Positions 9,022 through 17,610 of a stretch of DNA of 60,487 nt are shown piece after piece. The stretch is taken from NCBI GenBank assembly GCA_964353465.1, contig CAYGWQ010000002.1, forward strand, positions 1 through 60,487. The letters are read 5' to 3'. The stretch comes from an uncultured Acidobacteriota bacterium (GTDB lineage Bacteria > Acidobacteriota > UBA6911). The notes below the pieces were generated by a model, which was not told the DNA's origin, did no database searches, and was given only the letters and a program-made list of their open reading frames with translations. Made by a program: the position numbers and the translations under genes. The stretch's first letter is position 1; each line of letters opens with the position of its first letter.

Positions 9022-10960
9022 CCCGCGAATCCGTAGAGGCCGCGGGCGCCGAGAGAAAACGTATGAACTCCTCCGGATTGCGGGTCATGCCGGGGAAGGT
9101 GGCGAGCTTGTTTCCCTGCGCGTCCAGGATGGCGTACAGCGGGAGTGCGACAGTCCCGAATTTTTCCTTCTGGTAGGCCTGGTTATCCTCATACTCCTTG
9201 CCGGCACCATCGGTAAAGAGCTGCAGCCGGACATATTTTTGCAGGCCGGCATGAACCGCCGGCAAGGTGAAGATGTTAGCCTCCATCCACCGGCAATTGG
9301 TGCAGGTGTAGCCGGTAAAATCGATGAATACCAGTTTCTGCTCCTGGCGCGCCTGTGCCATGGCGGCGGCGAGATCGGTGTGCCAGGTGAGTTCCTGTCC
9401 GCGGGAACCGCCGGTAAACGCGAAAGCGCCAGCGGTACGCGGCGGCAGAAATGCGTCCAGCTCTCCGAGGCTTGCTCCCATCAGCCCGGTGAACAGATAG
9501 AATCCGATTGCCAGAAACAGCAGTGCCGAAGTCATGCGCAGAACGCCGAGATTTTCGATCGGACTGTCGTGGGGCAGACGGAATGTACCCAGCAGGTATA
9601 TGGCGGCCAGGACCGCCGTTGCGAGCCAGACGCAGAGCACTACTTCGCGCGTAAATATTCCCCAGCGCCAGACAAGATCGACGTTGGAAATGAACTTCAT
9701 GGCGGCAGCCACTTCCAGGAAACCCATCGTCACTTTTACCGAGTTCAGCCAGCCGCCGCTTTTGGGGAGCGAAACCATCAGGCGCGGCGCCAGCGCGAGC
9801 AGGAAAAACGGGGCCGCGAAAACTACTGAAAAACCCAGCATGCCCATGGCGGGCCAGAGCCAATCGCCCTGCGAAGTTGCCACGAGCACCGTTCCGACAA
9901 AAGGTACTGTGCAGGTAAAGCTGGTCAGTGTGAAAGTCAATCCCATAAGCAAGGCCGATGCGTAGCCGCTTCCCGATCCAGCTTTGGACAGCTTGCTCAA
10001 TACACTGGAAGGGATCCCGATCTGGTAGAGCCCGAAGAGGTTGAGCGCGAATCCCATGAATACCGCTGTGATCAAAAGGTTGATCCATGGATTGGCGGCA
10101 AACTGGTTAATCCCAGTAGCGCCCAGGAAGGCCGCCAGGCCAAGGCCGAGCCCTGTGAACGTGAAGATGATCCCGAAACAGTAAACCAGTGCCAGCCGAA
10201 GCCCGGGTGCCCGATTGGCTTCAGCGCTCTTGGTAAAATAAGAGACCGTGATGGGTATCATGGGGAAGACGCATGGCGTCGCCAGGGACAAGGCTCCCAT
10301 GGTCATTGCCAGCCAGAGGAAAGGGAGAAATCCTCTGGACCGTGCTGTCTGAACTTCCGCCGCGGTTCCCGAGGGGGAACCACCGGCAATGGCGCCGAAT
10401 GCGGGTGCCGCAGAAGGCTGTAACGCAGCCGGTCCCGTGGCCCCGGCGGCCGTTTCGGAAGGAGAGGGAATTCCGGGGACTATTTGGATTGTAAATGAAA
10501 CCGTAACGCCCCGGGGCGGCAGGCAAGACTTGTCGTCGCAGACCTGGTAATAAGCCTGAATGCGCACTTCGTAATCGCCCGGCTTAGCCGAGGCTGCCAC
10601 CTTTAATGGAATCCAGAATTCAGCCCCGCCGGCATATACTTCGGTCTGAATTCCGAAATTCGGATCAAACTCCGTTTTCGGCGGAGATTGTCTGACAGTC
10701 CCGGAAATACTGAAGGGTTCGCCCGAGAGCACCGTAAAGCGGGTAGGAATGGGCCCGCCCGGAGGCGTGGTCGCTGAATACATATGCCAGTTGCCGTCGA
10801 TCGCGGCTTCAATCTTGACGTCGAATTGGGCCCCCGCTCGAAACGGCCCGGCCGGCGGCCTGGCCGACCAGTGCACAGGCGAATCGTCCGACGTCTGACT
10901 GCCCGCGATCCCCGGCAGTACCAGGACACAAAAGGTGGCTGCGATCCATATACGTTTCAT
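8993..10960 (-). CDS. dsbD: DsbD-like thiol:disulfide interchange protein / protein-disulfide reductase
   Basis: Signal peptide (MKRIWIAATFCVLVLPGIAG), N-terminal periplasmic domain, a central multi-TM cytochrome-c-biogenesis-type core (ATPCVFPMIP), and a C-terminal thioredoxin fold with CxxC (FTGYTCTNCRWME). The start was moved from 11038 to the ATG at 10960, directly before the signal peptide. Confidence 0.85.
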   Translation of the reverse strand: MKRIWIAATFCVLVLPGIAGSQTSDDSPVHWSARPPAGPFRAGAQFDVKIEAAIDGNWHMYSATTPPGGPIPTRFTVLSGEPFSISGTVRQSPPKTEFDPNFGIQTEVYAGGAEFWIPLKVAASAKPGDYEVRIQAYYQVCDDKSCLPPRGVTVSFTIQIVPGIPSPSETAAGATGPAALQPSAAPAFGAIAGGSPSGTAAEVQTARSRGFLPFLWLAMTMGALSLATPCVFPMIPITVSYFTKSAEANRAPGLRLALVYCFGIIFTFTGLGLGLAAFLGATGINQFAANPWINLLITAVFMGFALNLFGLYQIGIPSSVLSKLSKAGSGSGYASALLMGLTFTLTSFTCTVPFVGTVLVATSQGDWLWPAMGMLGFSVVFAAPFFLLALAPRLMVSLPKSGGWLNSVKVTMGFLEVAAAMKFISNVDLVWRWGIFTREVVLCVWLATAVLAAIYLLGTFRLPHDSPIENLGVLRMTSALLFLAIGFYLFTGLMGASLGELDAFLPPRTAGAFAFTGGSRGQELTWHTDLAAAMAQARQEQKLVFIDFTGYTCTNCRWMEANIFTLPAVHAGLQKYVRLQLFTDGAGKEYEDNQAYQKEKFGTVALPLYAILDAQGNKLATFPGMTRNPEEFIRFLSAPAASTDSRATGEEKEDS

Positions 10961-11057
10961 AACGGATAAGTATATCATCGCCTTCCATCCTTTCCGCAAC
11001 CTGTGGTTGGGTGAAAGAAAAGGGTTCGCTTGTGCCAATCGGATCTATAATGGTGTC

Positions 11058-11459
11058 ATGGTTGAGGTGCGATCGACACACGCTGTGGAAAAAGCTGCTC
11101 AGGAATCCGGCTTGCCTCCCCGGGTGGTTCTGGTCCTTGCGCGATTGGATCCTCGGGCATTGGGAATCGCTTTGGGCACAGTGTGTGGATTATGGCTTTG
11201 GCTGGCCACCATGATTCTGCTCATCCGCGGCGGCGCCAATGTAGGACAGAATCTCTCCCTGCTATCCCAGTACTTCATCGGATTCCGCGTTACCCCGGGC
11301 GGTTCTGTGGCGGCGTTTTTGTACGGTTTCCTGATCGCATTTCTCGTGGGCTATGGATTCGCGCGACTGCGCAACTTTATGCTTCATTCCTATTTGCTGT
11401 ATGTTCGACGCCGGGCAGAGAGCGTGGCCCTGACCGATCTGCTGGATCGCCTTATGTAA
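11058..11459 (+). CDS. Small two-TM membrane protein, paralog 1
   Basis: ATG at 11058 avoids overlap with dsbD. It shares the core LATxxLLIxGGxxxGxxLxLLxQYFxG...GSxxxFxYxFxIxFLxG with the next ORF. Confidence 0.6.
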   Translation: MVEVRSTHAVEKAAQESGLPPRVVLVLARLDPRALGIALGTVCGLWLWLATMILLIRGGANVGQNLSLLSQYFIGFRVTPGGSVAAFLYGFLIAFLVGYGFARLRNFMLHSYLLYVRRRAESVALTDLLDRLM

Positions 11460-11463
11460 GGGC

Positions 11464-11793
11464 ATGGAGTTAGTCTGGAGGAACAGCCCCGTGGCTGCGA
11501 ATGCCGCGAACAAAGAAGAAGCAGCAATTGAACGCGTTGTGGTGCGCATGAATGCCGCGCTGACCGGCGTGGTGCTGGGCTTGCTCGCCGGCGCCGGGTT
11601 GTTCTTGGCAACCGTCTGGCTGCTCATCAAGGGTGGGCCGCATCCGGGCGCCCATCTCATGCTGCTTGGCCAGTATTTCCCTGGCTACACGATTTCCTGG
11701 GCTGGGAGTCTGGTCGGTTTTGGCTACGCCTTCGTGATCGGCTTCCTTACCGGGGCAGTCCTGGGCTTCATCTACAACAAACTGGCGCGGTAA
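11464..11793 (+). CDS. Small two-TM membrane protein, paralog 2
   Basis: Starts 4 nt after the previous stop. About 35-40% identity to paralog 1 over the TM core, by eye. Confidence 0.6.
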   Translation: MELVWRNSPVAANAANKEEAAIERVVVRMNAALTGVVLGLLAGAGLFLATVWLLIKGGPHPGAHLMLLGQYFPGYTISWAGSLVGFGYAFVIGFLTGAVLGFIYNKLAR

Positions 11794-11885
11794 GATCTTC
11801 GTTTTAGCGGGCCCTCAACGCCCAGCCTGAGCGCACACCCCCTGCGCGTGACAGGCTGTCCAGAGTCTTTCCTCTTTTTTGTCGC

Positions 11886-12115
11886 GAAATGCCGTCCGAG
11901 CCCCTGCGGCAAAGCCCCGGAAGGGGCCGAAAGATAATAGCCGGGGGCGCAAGCCCCCGGATAGGATGTTGCATTGAAGGAGCCCTGGCAAGGGCGAAAG
12001 ATCATTGTCCGCAACCTTTTTCTGTCGCCCCTCCAGGGCTCCGCACTGCTTTCCGATCCGACCCCGGGCTTGCGCCCGGGGCTATTCTCTTGCCGCCCCT
12101 ACCGGGCTGGGTCAA
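11886..12115. repeat. Composite GC-rich hairpin repeat, family A (inverted relative to 1-200)
   Basis: Three or four sub-units. Hairpins: gcccc-ggaa-ggggc (11916-11929), ccgggggc-gcaa-gcccccgg (11941-11960) and ccccgggc-ttgc-gcccgggg (12062-12081). Confidence 0.8.
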
Positions 12116-12142
12116 AGGGTGGATCGAATTTCGCGACACAGC

Positions 12143-13588
12143 CTATTCTTGGCCTTTTTCCAGGTGAGGCGCTCGTTCGGATCCGCGTATTTCCCTCGAA
12201 ATCTCCTTAGGATCGACTGCGCCCGTCATCCAGGCTGCCATCATGTAAATCAGAAAACCGCCGGCAATCCGAAAGAAGAGGCTGCCTCCGTCAAGCCAGA
12301 GGAGGAATGCGATCATCGGGAGGCAGGCCACGGCCGGCCTCCACACATGAGGGCTAAGCGGCAGCCGGACGACTTGGCGCGCAACCCTTTGATAGACCTG
12401 GCAGAGGACCACGATTTCGCCGATTACCGAGGCGACGGCAGCTCCGAAAAAGCTGAAGTCCGGAATCAGCAACAGGTTGAGCCCCGTATTGATGGTAGCG
12501 GCAATCAAGGCGATCCAGAGGTAATCCCTCTGCAGCCCATGAGACAGCAGCGTGGATCGGTATACAACCCGGCTCGCCATAACCGGGATGATCAAGAAGA
12601 GCATGCGTAGCGCGGCAGCCCCCTCCGAGAACTCGGGCCCGAAGATCCATGCCATCAAGGGGCGCGCCAGGAATATGCCGCCCACACTCAAGGGAATGGC
12701 AAGCAGCAGGGTATACTTCAGCGACCGGTCGGAGATGCGGCGCAACAGCGAAGGGTTGTTGCGGCACCGGGAGATGGAGGGGAACAGGTTGGAATAATAG
12801 AGAATGATGAATGCAGAAAAGAAATTGATGAACTTGTATGCCGCGCTGTACTGTCCGACCTCGGCGGGCGATTTCATGAAGCCGAGAAGCACGATATCGA
12901 AGTTGTACAGCACCATGGCCAGCGCTGCCGACAGCCCTATGGGCAAGGATTCCTTCCACAGCCTCGACCAGATCCGGAAATCAAATTTGAGGCGGATGCC
13001 GCCGAATTGCCGGAAATAAAAACAGACCAGCAAAAGCACGGAAGCAAGCTCGCCGCCGAACTGAAAAATCGGGATCCAGATTATTTGTTCGGGACGGTTC
13101 AGGAAGAGCAGGATACAGATGGAAAATGCAAGCTGTGTGACAACGGCGCCCGTGGCGACTAATTTCATCTGTTCCAGTGCCTGAAAGACCCAGTTCAAGC
13201 TGAAGGCAGAGGAAAAGAACAACAAGCCATACAGGAGCGTGAGGGTCGTGATGACTGTGGATCTTCCGAGGAGCCAGATGGTGACGACCAGCAGAACCCC
13301 CGCCACGAAACTCGCGCAGAAACGCAGGGCCAGGATGCTGTTGACATATTCCCGGACGCGGTGCGGCTGCCGGGCCACTTCCTGCGTGCCGTACGTGCCT
13401 AGTCCTTGGCTGACCAAAAGAGAAAAATAGGCTGTGAAAGCTCCCGCGAAGGCCAGGTTCCCGAATAGATCGGTGCCCAGTACGCGCGCCATGCGCGCCG
13501 TAGCCCAGAAGACCAGGAACTTGGATCCGAGATCACCTGCTACCAGGATGGTGTAGTTGGCCAGAAACCTACGCGCGCGTTGTCCCAT
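12143..13588 (-). CDS. Polysaccharide/oligosaccharide flippase (MOP superfamily, Wzx-like)
   Basis: About 12-14 predicted TM segments and the typical N-terminus (ANYTILVAGDLGSKFLVFWATARMARVLG). The start was moved to the ATG at 13588, 1 nt after the upstream stop. The track extension overlaps the upstream gene. Confidence 0.75.
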   Translation of the reverse strand: MGQRARRFLANYTILVAGDLGSKFLVFWATARMARVLGTDLFGNLAFAGAFTAYFSLLVSQGLGTYGTQEVARQPHRVREYVNSILALRFCASFVAGVLLVVTIWLLGRSTVITTLTLLYGLLFFSSAFSLNWVFQALEQMKLVATGAVVTQLAFSICILLFLNRPEQIIWIPIFQFGGELASVLLLVCFYFRQFGGIRLKFDFRIWSRLWKESLPIGLSAALAMVLYNFDIVLLGFMKSPAEVGQYSAAYKFINFFSAFIILYYSNLFPSISRCRNNPSLLRRISDRSLKYTLLLAIPLSVGGIFLARPLMAWIFGPEFSEGAAALRMLFLIIPVMASRVVYRSTLLSHGLQRDYLWIALIAATINTGLNLLLIPDFSFFGAAVASVIGEIVVLCQVYQRVARQVVRLPLSPHVWRPAVACLPMIAFLLWLDGGSLFFRIAGGFLIYMMAAWMTGAVDPKEISREIRGSERAPHLEKGQE

Positions 13589-13589
13589 A

Positions 13590-15029
13590 TCATTTTTCTT
13601 CGACTGATTCTTCCTGATAGGACGGGTCGCCGTTGCAACTCCAGATGTCGTGACGGGCGCCGTAGATGTTCTGGACGGCGAGAATCGCGGTGAGCATGGA
13701 GTGGTCCTGGTTGTTGTACTTATGAAGCCCGTTTCGTCCAATCATCTGAAGGTTTTCCAGGTTCTGGAGGAATCCTCGGATAAGGACGAGGCGCTCGCTA
13801 TATGTTTCATCGTAGACAGGGTAAGCCTTCTTCTGCCGGAAAACGACTCCGGCTTCCATGCGAGCGCCGCGCGTCAGCCCGATTTCGGCCAGTTCCCCGG
13901 AAGCGAATGCAACAAGCCGATCATCCGGCATGCACCAGAGGTCGTCGTTTTCGTTGACGAAATATTCGACCCCGAGGCTTGTCTTGCTCGGGTCGGGGAC
14001 CATGTGCTTGCTCCAGTTCTTGAAATTCTGCAACCGCCCCATTCTCACTGCCGGGCTGTGGATGTAAATCCAGTTGTCGGGGAAGAGATCCGGATGGTCA
14101 ATGACAAGGCATACTGTGAGGAAATCCCGGTACTTGAGTCCTGCGGCGGCCCTGAGGACCTCGTCCGGCGGCGCAGGCTCGAGAATGGCGATCATTTCCG
14201 CGACCGGCATACTGGCGATAAAGTGTGTGCCTGCGATCGTCTCCTGCCGGCCGTCGGGGCCGTCCACCACGAAGGCGGTCACGCGGCCCCCGGTATGGAG
14301 GACCTTCACGACGCTGCGGTTCAGTTGCACCTGCCCGCCGTGGTGTTCGACATATTTCTGAATATGCTCCCACATCATTCCGGGGCCGCGCTCCGGATAA
14401 CGGAATTCCTCGATGAGGGTCTTGATGCTTTTGCCCCGATCGCCGAACACTGCGTTTTGCACAGCGGTGCGCAGGGACAATCCTTTGATCCGTTGGGCAG
14501 CCCATTCGGCCCGGATGCTGGTGCAGGGCATTCCCCAGACTTTCTCCGTGTAGGTCTTGAAGAAAATCCTGTAGAGGCGCTTGCCAAATCGGTTGCTGAC
14601 CCATTTCTCGAGATTGTCCTCTTCGGGATAAGGGAACAGAAAAGAGTGCAGGAAACTGGTGACAATGAGGATGCTGTTCCAGAGGCCGAGGCCGCGAACC
14701 ACATTACCGATCTTGAGCGGGTAGTAGAAAAACCTGCCTTTGTAATAAATGCGCGACAACCTGCGCACATGCAGGAATTTCTCCTGCAGCACATCCTCCC
14801 AGATGCGGCGCACTTCCGGAATCTTTGTGAAAAACCGGTGCCCGCCAATGTCGAATCGATAGCCGTGGAACTCTTCGGTACGGGCGTTTCCGCCGACGAT
14901 GTCAGCCCGTTCGAAGACGACAGGAGTCGCAGCGTGCCGGCACAATTCATATGCCGCGGTCAATCCTGCCGGACCGCCACCTGCGATTAATACTTTCTCA
15001 GCTTCTCGGGAGATCATAAATCGAGCCAT
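13590..15029 (-). CDS. FAD-dependent oxidoreductase (amine-oxidase / UDP-galactopyranose-mutase-like fold)
   Basis: N-terminal dinucleotide-binding motif VLIAGGGPAGLTAAYEL...ERADIVGG, then GGHRFFT. 479 aa. The substrate cannot be assigned from sequence. Confidence 0.75.
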   Translation of the reverse strand: MARFMISREAEKVLIAGGGPAGLTAAYELCRHAATPVVFERADIVGGNARTEEFHGYRFDIGGHRFFTKIPEVRRIWEDVLQEKFLHVRRLSRIYYKGRFFYYPLKIGNVVRGLGLWNSILIVTSFLHSFLFPYPEEDNLEKWVSNRFGKRLYRIFFKTYTEKVWGMPCTSIRAEWAAQRIKGLSLRTAVQNAVFGDRGKSIKTLIEEFRYPERGPGMMWEHIQKYVEHHGGQVQLNRSVVKVLHTGGRVTAFVVDGPDGRQETIAGTHFIASMPVAEMIAILEPAPPDEVLRAAAGLKYRDFLTVCLVIDHPDLFPDNWIYIHSPAVRMGRLQNFKNWSKHMVPDPSKTSLGVEYFVNENDDLWCMPDDRLVAFASGELAEIGLTRGARMEAGVVFRQKKAYPVYDETYSERLVLIRGFLQNLENLQMIGRNGLHKYNNQDHSMLTAILAVQNIYGARHDIWSCNGDPSYQEESVEEK

Positions 15030-15240
15030 GATCTTAGCCCATTCGCCGCCTCGGGGGAACCGCTAAGACCTCGAAGACCTCAGAGAAAGCATGACGCGCG
15101 GAGCAGGGAGGGACGAGTTGCATATCGCGAAGCGGGGCTGCGGCAGCACTTTCGGCGGGTCCAATGCTCATCCCGGCATTCTTTGTGCTACTTACCTGCA
15201 AAATACTTGGCACGAAAGAAAGGACTTGCACCCACCAAAT

Positions 15241-15483
15241 GCAAAGTGAGGAGGCGCGAAGCGCCGGTAGAGGGTAGCCCCGCCCGTGAGGGCAGGGTTG
15301 CGTGAGACAAAGCATGGAGGTCCGAAGGACCGGCACTGTTGTCGTGTGCCGCACCTTCGGCGCTCATGCCAATTGTCTGCAAACCCCGGCCTCACGGCCG
15401 GGGCTATTGTTTGCCGCCTCTTCGAGGCTCCTATTCTCCGCGTCTCGGAGGGAAGGTATCTTTGCTTGCGGCTATGCTGCGGC
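15241..15483. repeat. Repeat family B, copy 2 (inverted relative to copy 1)
   Basis: Aligns with the reverse complement of 7437-7681. Hairpins: ccccgccc-gtga-gggcaggg (15278-15297) and ccccggcc-tcac-ggccgggg (15384-15403). The long hairpin (15322-15360) is degenerate. Confidence 0.8.
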
Positions 15484-15638
15484 GTGTCTTCGGGGTCTTT
15501 GCGGTTTGCGGCTCTCCGGCTTACGGCAGTGGATGCCAGTGTCTGAATTTCAGCCAGGTACACGATATTCCCACACAAGGGAACTCCGAAGGTGCATAGC
15601 CGGCCAGAAAAACAGCGAACGTGCGGCGATGGAAACGG

Positions 15639-17522
15639 TTATTTGGGCAATTTCTCGAAGCGCGATTGCACTTCTTTCCTGTCGAGCATGCCTGGCGGCG
15701 CGGCAAGCAGTCTTTGATAAGACTCGCGTGCCGCGCCATAGTTTCCCAGGGCCTCCATGGATACTCCTCGCCCGTAGAGGCCGAGATCGTAGTCCGGATC
15801 CACCTGGATGGAACGGTCAAAAAAACCGAGCGCTCGTCCCGGGTCTCCCATGGTCAGGAAGACCATGCCTTTCGCAGCAAGAAAGTCAGCGCTCCTCCCC
15901 TCCAGTGCCAGTCCACGATCGAGAAGCTCGAGCGCGCGCGGCAGGTTCTTCTGCTCGTAGCGCATGATGGCAATCTCCAGCAGGCTGCGCAAGTACCCGT
16001 GCTCCTTGCGCCTCCACTTCGAGGCCGGCAGGGCGAGACGGAGCGGCCAGGGGTTTACTATTGGATTCATGGCATCGCGGTGCGGCGCCGGCACACACTC
16101 AGGGCATGCGCCGATCCACGGAGGCTTTTTCCAGAGCGGGTTGGCCTCTTCCGTGCCGAGCACAGGGCCGGTGGCTGCCACACTCAGCAGCCAAAAATGC
16201 CCGGGCAACTGGCCGGTCACGATTCCGTGGAATCCTCGCGGAAGATTGGCGCCGGCCAGGATCTTCTCATAGGCAATGCGGTTGATGAGCACGCCGGGCG
16301 AGTTGATGGCGATGCCAAGGCCCACGAGAATGATCGCTACTTTTCTCGCTTTTGCGGAATGGACTAAACCGCCGGCAAGCAAGGCCACAAACGGGACTAT
16401 GGCCAGAATCAGGCGGTCGCCCCAGGCGCGCCCGCTTTCGAATCCCCACCATTTTGAAATCAGCAGGATTTGTGCGGCGCACGCAGCGGAGAGCACGCAT
16501 ACGGCCCATTGTTTTCCTTTTCGCGCCAGCTGCCACGCGCTCCAGGGAACCAGCACCGTGAGCGGGAAAAACCAGATCAACCCCTTGCGTGGATTTACCA
16601 GCAGACCGCTCAATCCCGTGAGGAATGGAGCGGAGAAAGCCTCGTTCTTGTAGCCGAAATCGGCCGAATTCCCGAAAAGCACGAGATTCACTGCCAGCAG
16701 GTACAACGATGCAAGCAGTGCCGGGACAGCGTAGAAGGTCGCTCTGAGGAATGCTTTTCGCAAAGGCAATTCCCTGAGCCAGCCGGCGAGAGCACCAAGG
16801 ACGAGCACGGGAGCCAAAACGGCAAAATATGGGCGCAGCAGGATGCCGTAGCCAAGTGCAAAGCCCCCGATCAGGGTGTCGAGACCCCAATAGCGCGGTT
16901 CCTGCAACGCTGCCAACAGACAGTAGAAGGCGGCTACCGCGCACAAAGCCTGGTACGGTTCATTGTAGTTGGTGCCTGTGTAGCCCCACGCATACGAGCC
17001 CAATGCGAATGCCAGCGCCAGGAGCGTCGCGGTCGCTGCGCCGTAGCCCAAACGGAGCGAGGCACGCCAGATCAGGGCGGCAGTACCTAGAAGTGCGATG
17101 ATAGAAGGAAAGGAGAGGACCACTTCAGCGCCGACGCTCCCGAACAGCCTGGCTGCCGTGCCGGCCAGCGGCAGGAAAACAATCAGCACCAGAGAGTACC
17201 CGGGCGGGTACTTGGAATAGACCTCACCCGTAGTCGTTGCTGCTCCGAAAAAAAACCCGTGAAATTCTTTGGTAGCGAAACGGGAAGGGGAGAGGAACTT
17301 GCCCATTTCCGTGAAGCTGAAGGCGCTGGTCAGCATCAATTGGTCATCGGTGTCCCCCATCGGGACCGAACTGAAGGTCAGGCAGTAGATCACCGCCACG
17401 AGAAGGAGTAGCCTATGAAACCTCCGCAACTCGTCGCTGCTCGCCAGCGAAAACGGAGGCAGCAGCCGGTTTTCCCTCTTTTCTCTTGCGGCTTTGGCTG
17501 TTCTCTTTCCATGCTTGCCCAT
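15639..17522 (-). CDS. Polytopic GT-C-like (ArnT/PMT-like) membrane glycosyltransferase with C-terminal TPR domain
   Basis: About 11 or more TM segments after an acidic first-loop motif (GDTDDQ). The C-terminal ~130 aa form TPR-like repeats (ALELLDRGLAL..GDPGRALGFFDRSIQVDPDY..GNYGAARESYQRLL). The start is uncertain (17522, 17627 or 17663). Family assignment rests on architecture only. Confidence 0.6.
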   Translation of the reverse strand: MGKHGKRTAKAAREKRENRLLPPFSLASSDELRRFHRLLLLVAVIYCLTFSSVPMGDTDDQLMLTSAFSFTEMGKFLSPSRFATKEFHGFFFGAATTTGEVYSKYPPGYSLVLIVFLPLAGTAARLFGSVGAEVVLSFPSIIALLGTAALIWRASLRLGYGAATATLLALAFALGSYAWGYTGTNYNEPYQALCAVAAFYCLLAALQEPRYWGLDTLIGGFALGYGILLRPYFAVLAPVLVLGALAGWLRELPLRKAFLRATFYAVPALLASLYLLAVNLVLFGNSADFGYKNEAFSAPFLTGLSGLLVNPRKGLIWFFPLTVLVPWSAWQLARKGKQWAVCVLSAACAAQILLISKWWGFESGRAWGDRLILAIVPFVALLAGGLVHSAKARKVAIILVGLGIAINSPGVLINRIAYEKILAGANLPRGFHGIVTGQLPGHFWLLSVAATGPVLGTEEANPLWKKPPWIGACPECVPAPHRDAMNPIVNPWPLRLALPASKWRRKEHGYLRSLLEIAIMRYEQKNLPRALELLDRGLALEGRSADFLAAKGMVFLTMGDPGRALGFFDRSIQVDPDYDLGLYGRGVSMEALGNYGAARESYQRLLAAPPGMLDRKEVQSRFEKLPK

Positions 17523-17610
17523 ACAGGCCCTCGATGATAGTTGACCGGTCTTCGATTGCTGATCCGCCGGGCTACCTCTTCTCCGGCATCGGCGGGTCGG
17601 AGTGCAACCT

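Noticed and set aside
8097-9176. 359-aa alternative-frame plus-strand ORF and several minus-strand ORFs within the DUF1624 gene
   Set aside because: The 7750-9021 frame gives a coherent polytopic membrane protein with the family motif. The alternative frames are R/G/P-rich.
15034-15967. Several 60-220-aa ORFs (for example 15192-15578 minus and 15302-15967 plus) in the gap between the oxidoreductase gene and the GT-C gene
   Set aside because: They are read through repeat family B hairpins. The same peptide words (PSRAGL, GPSDL, PHGRGY) appear wherever the repeat occurs, in both orientations, so they are repeat artefacts.
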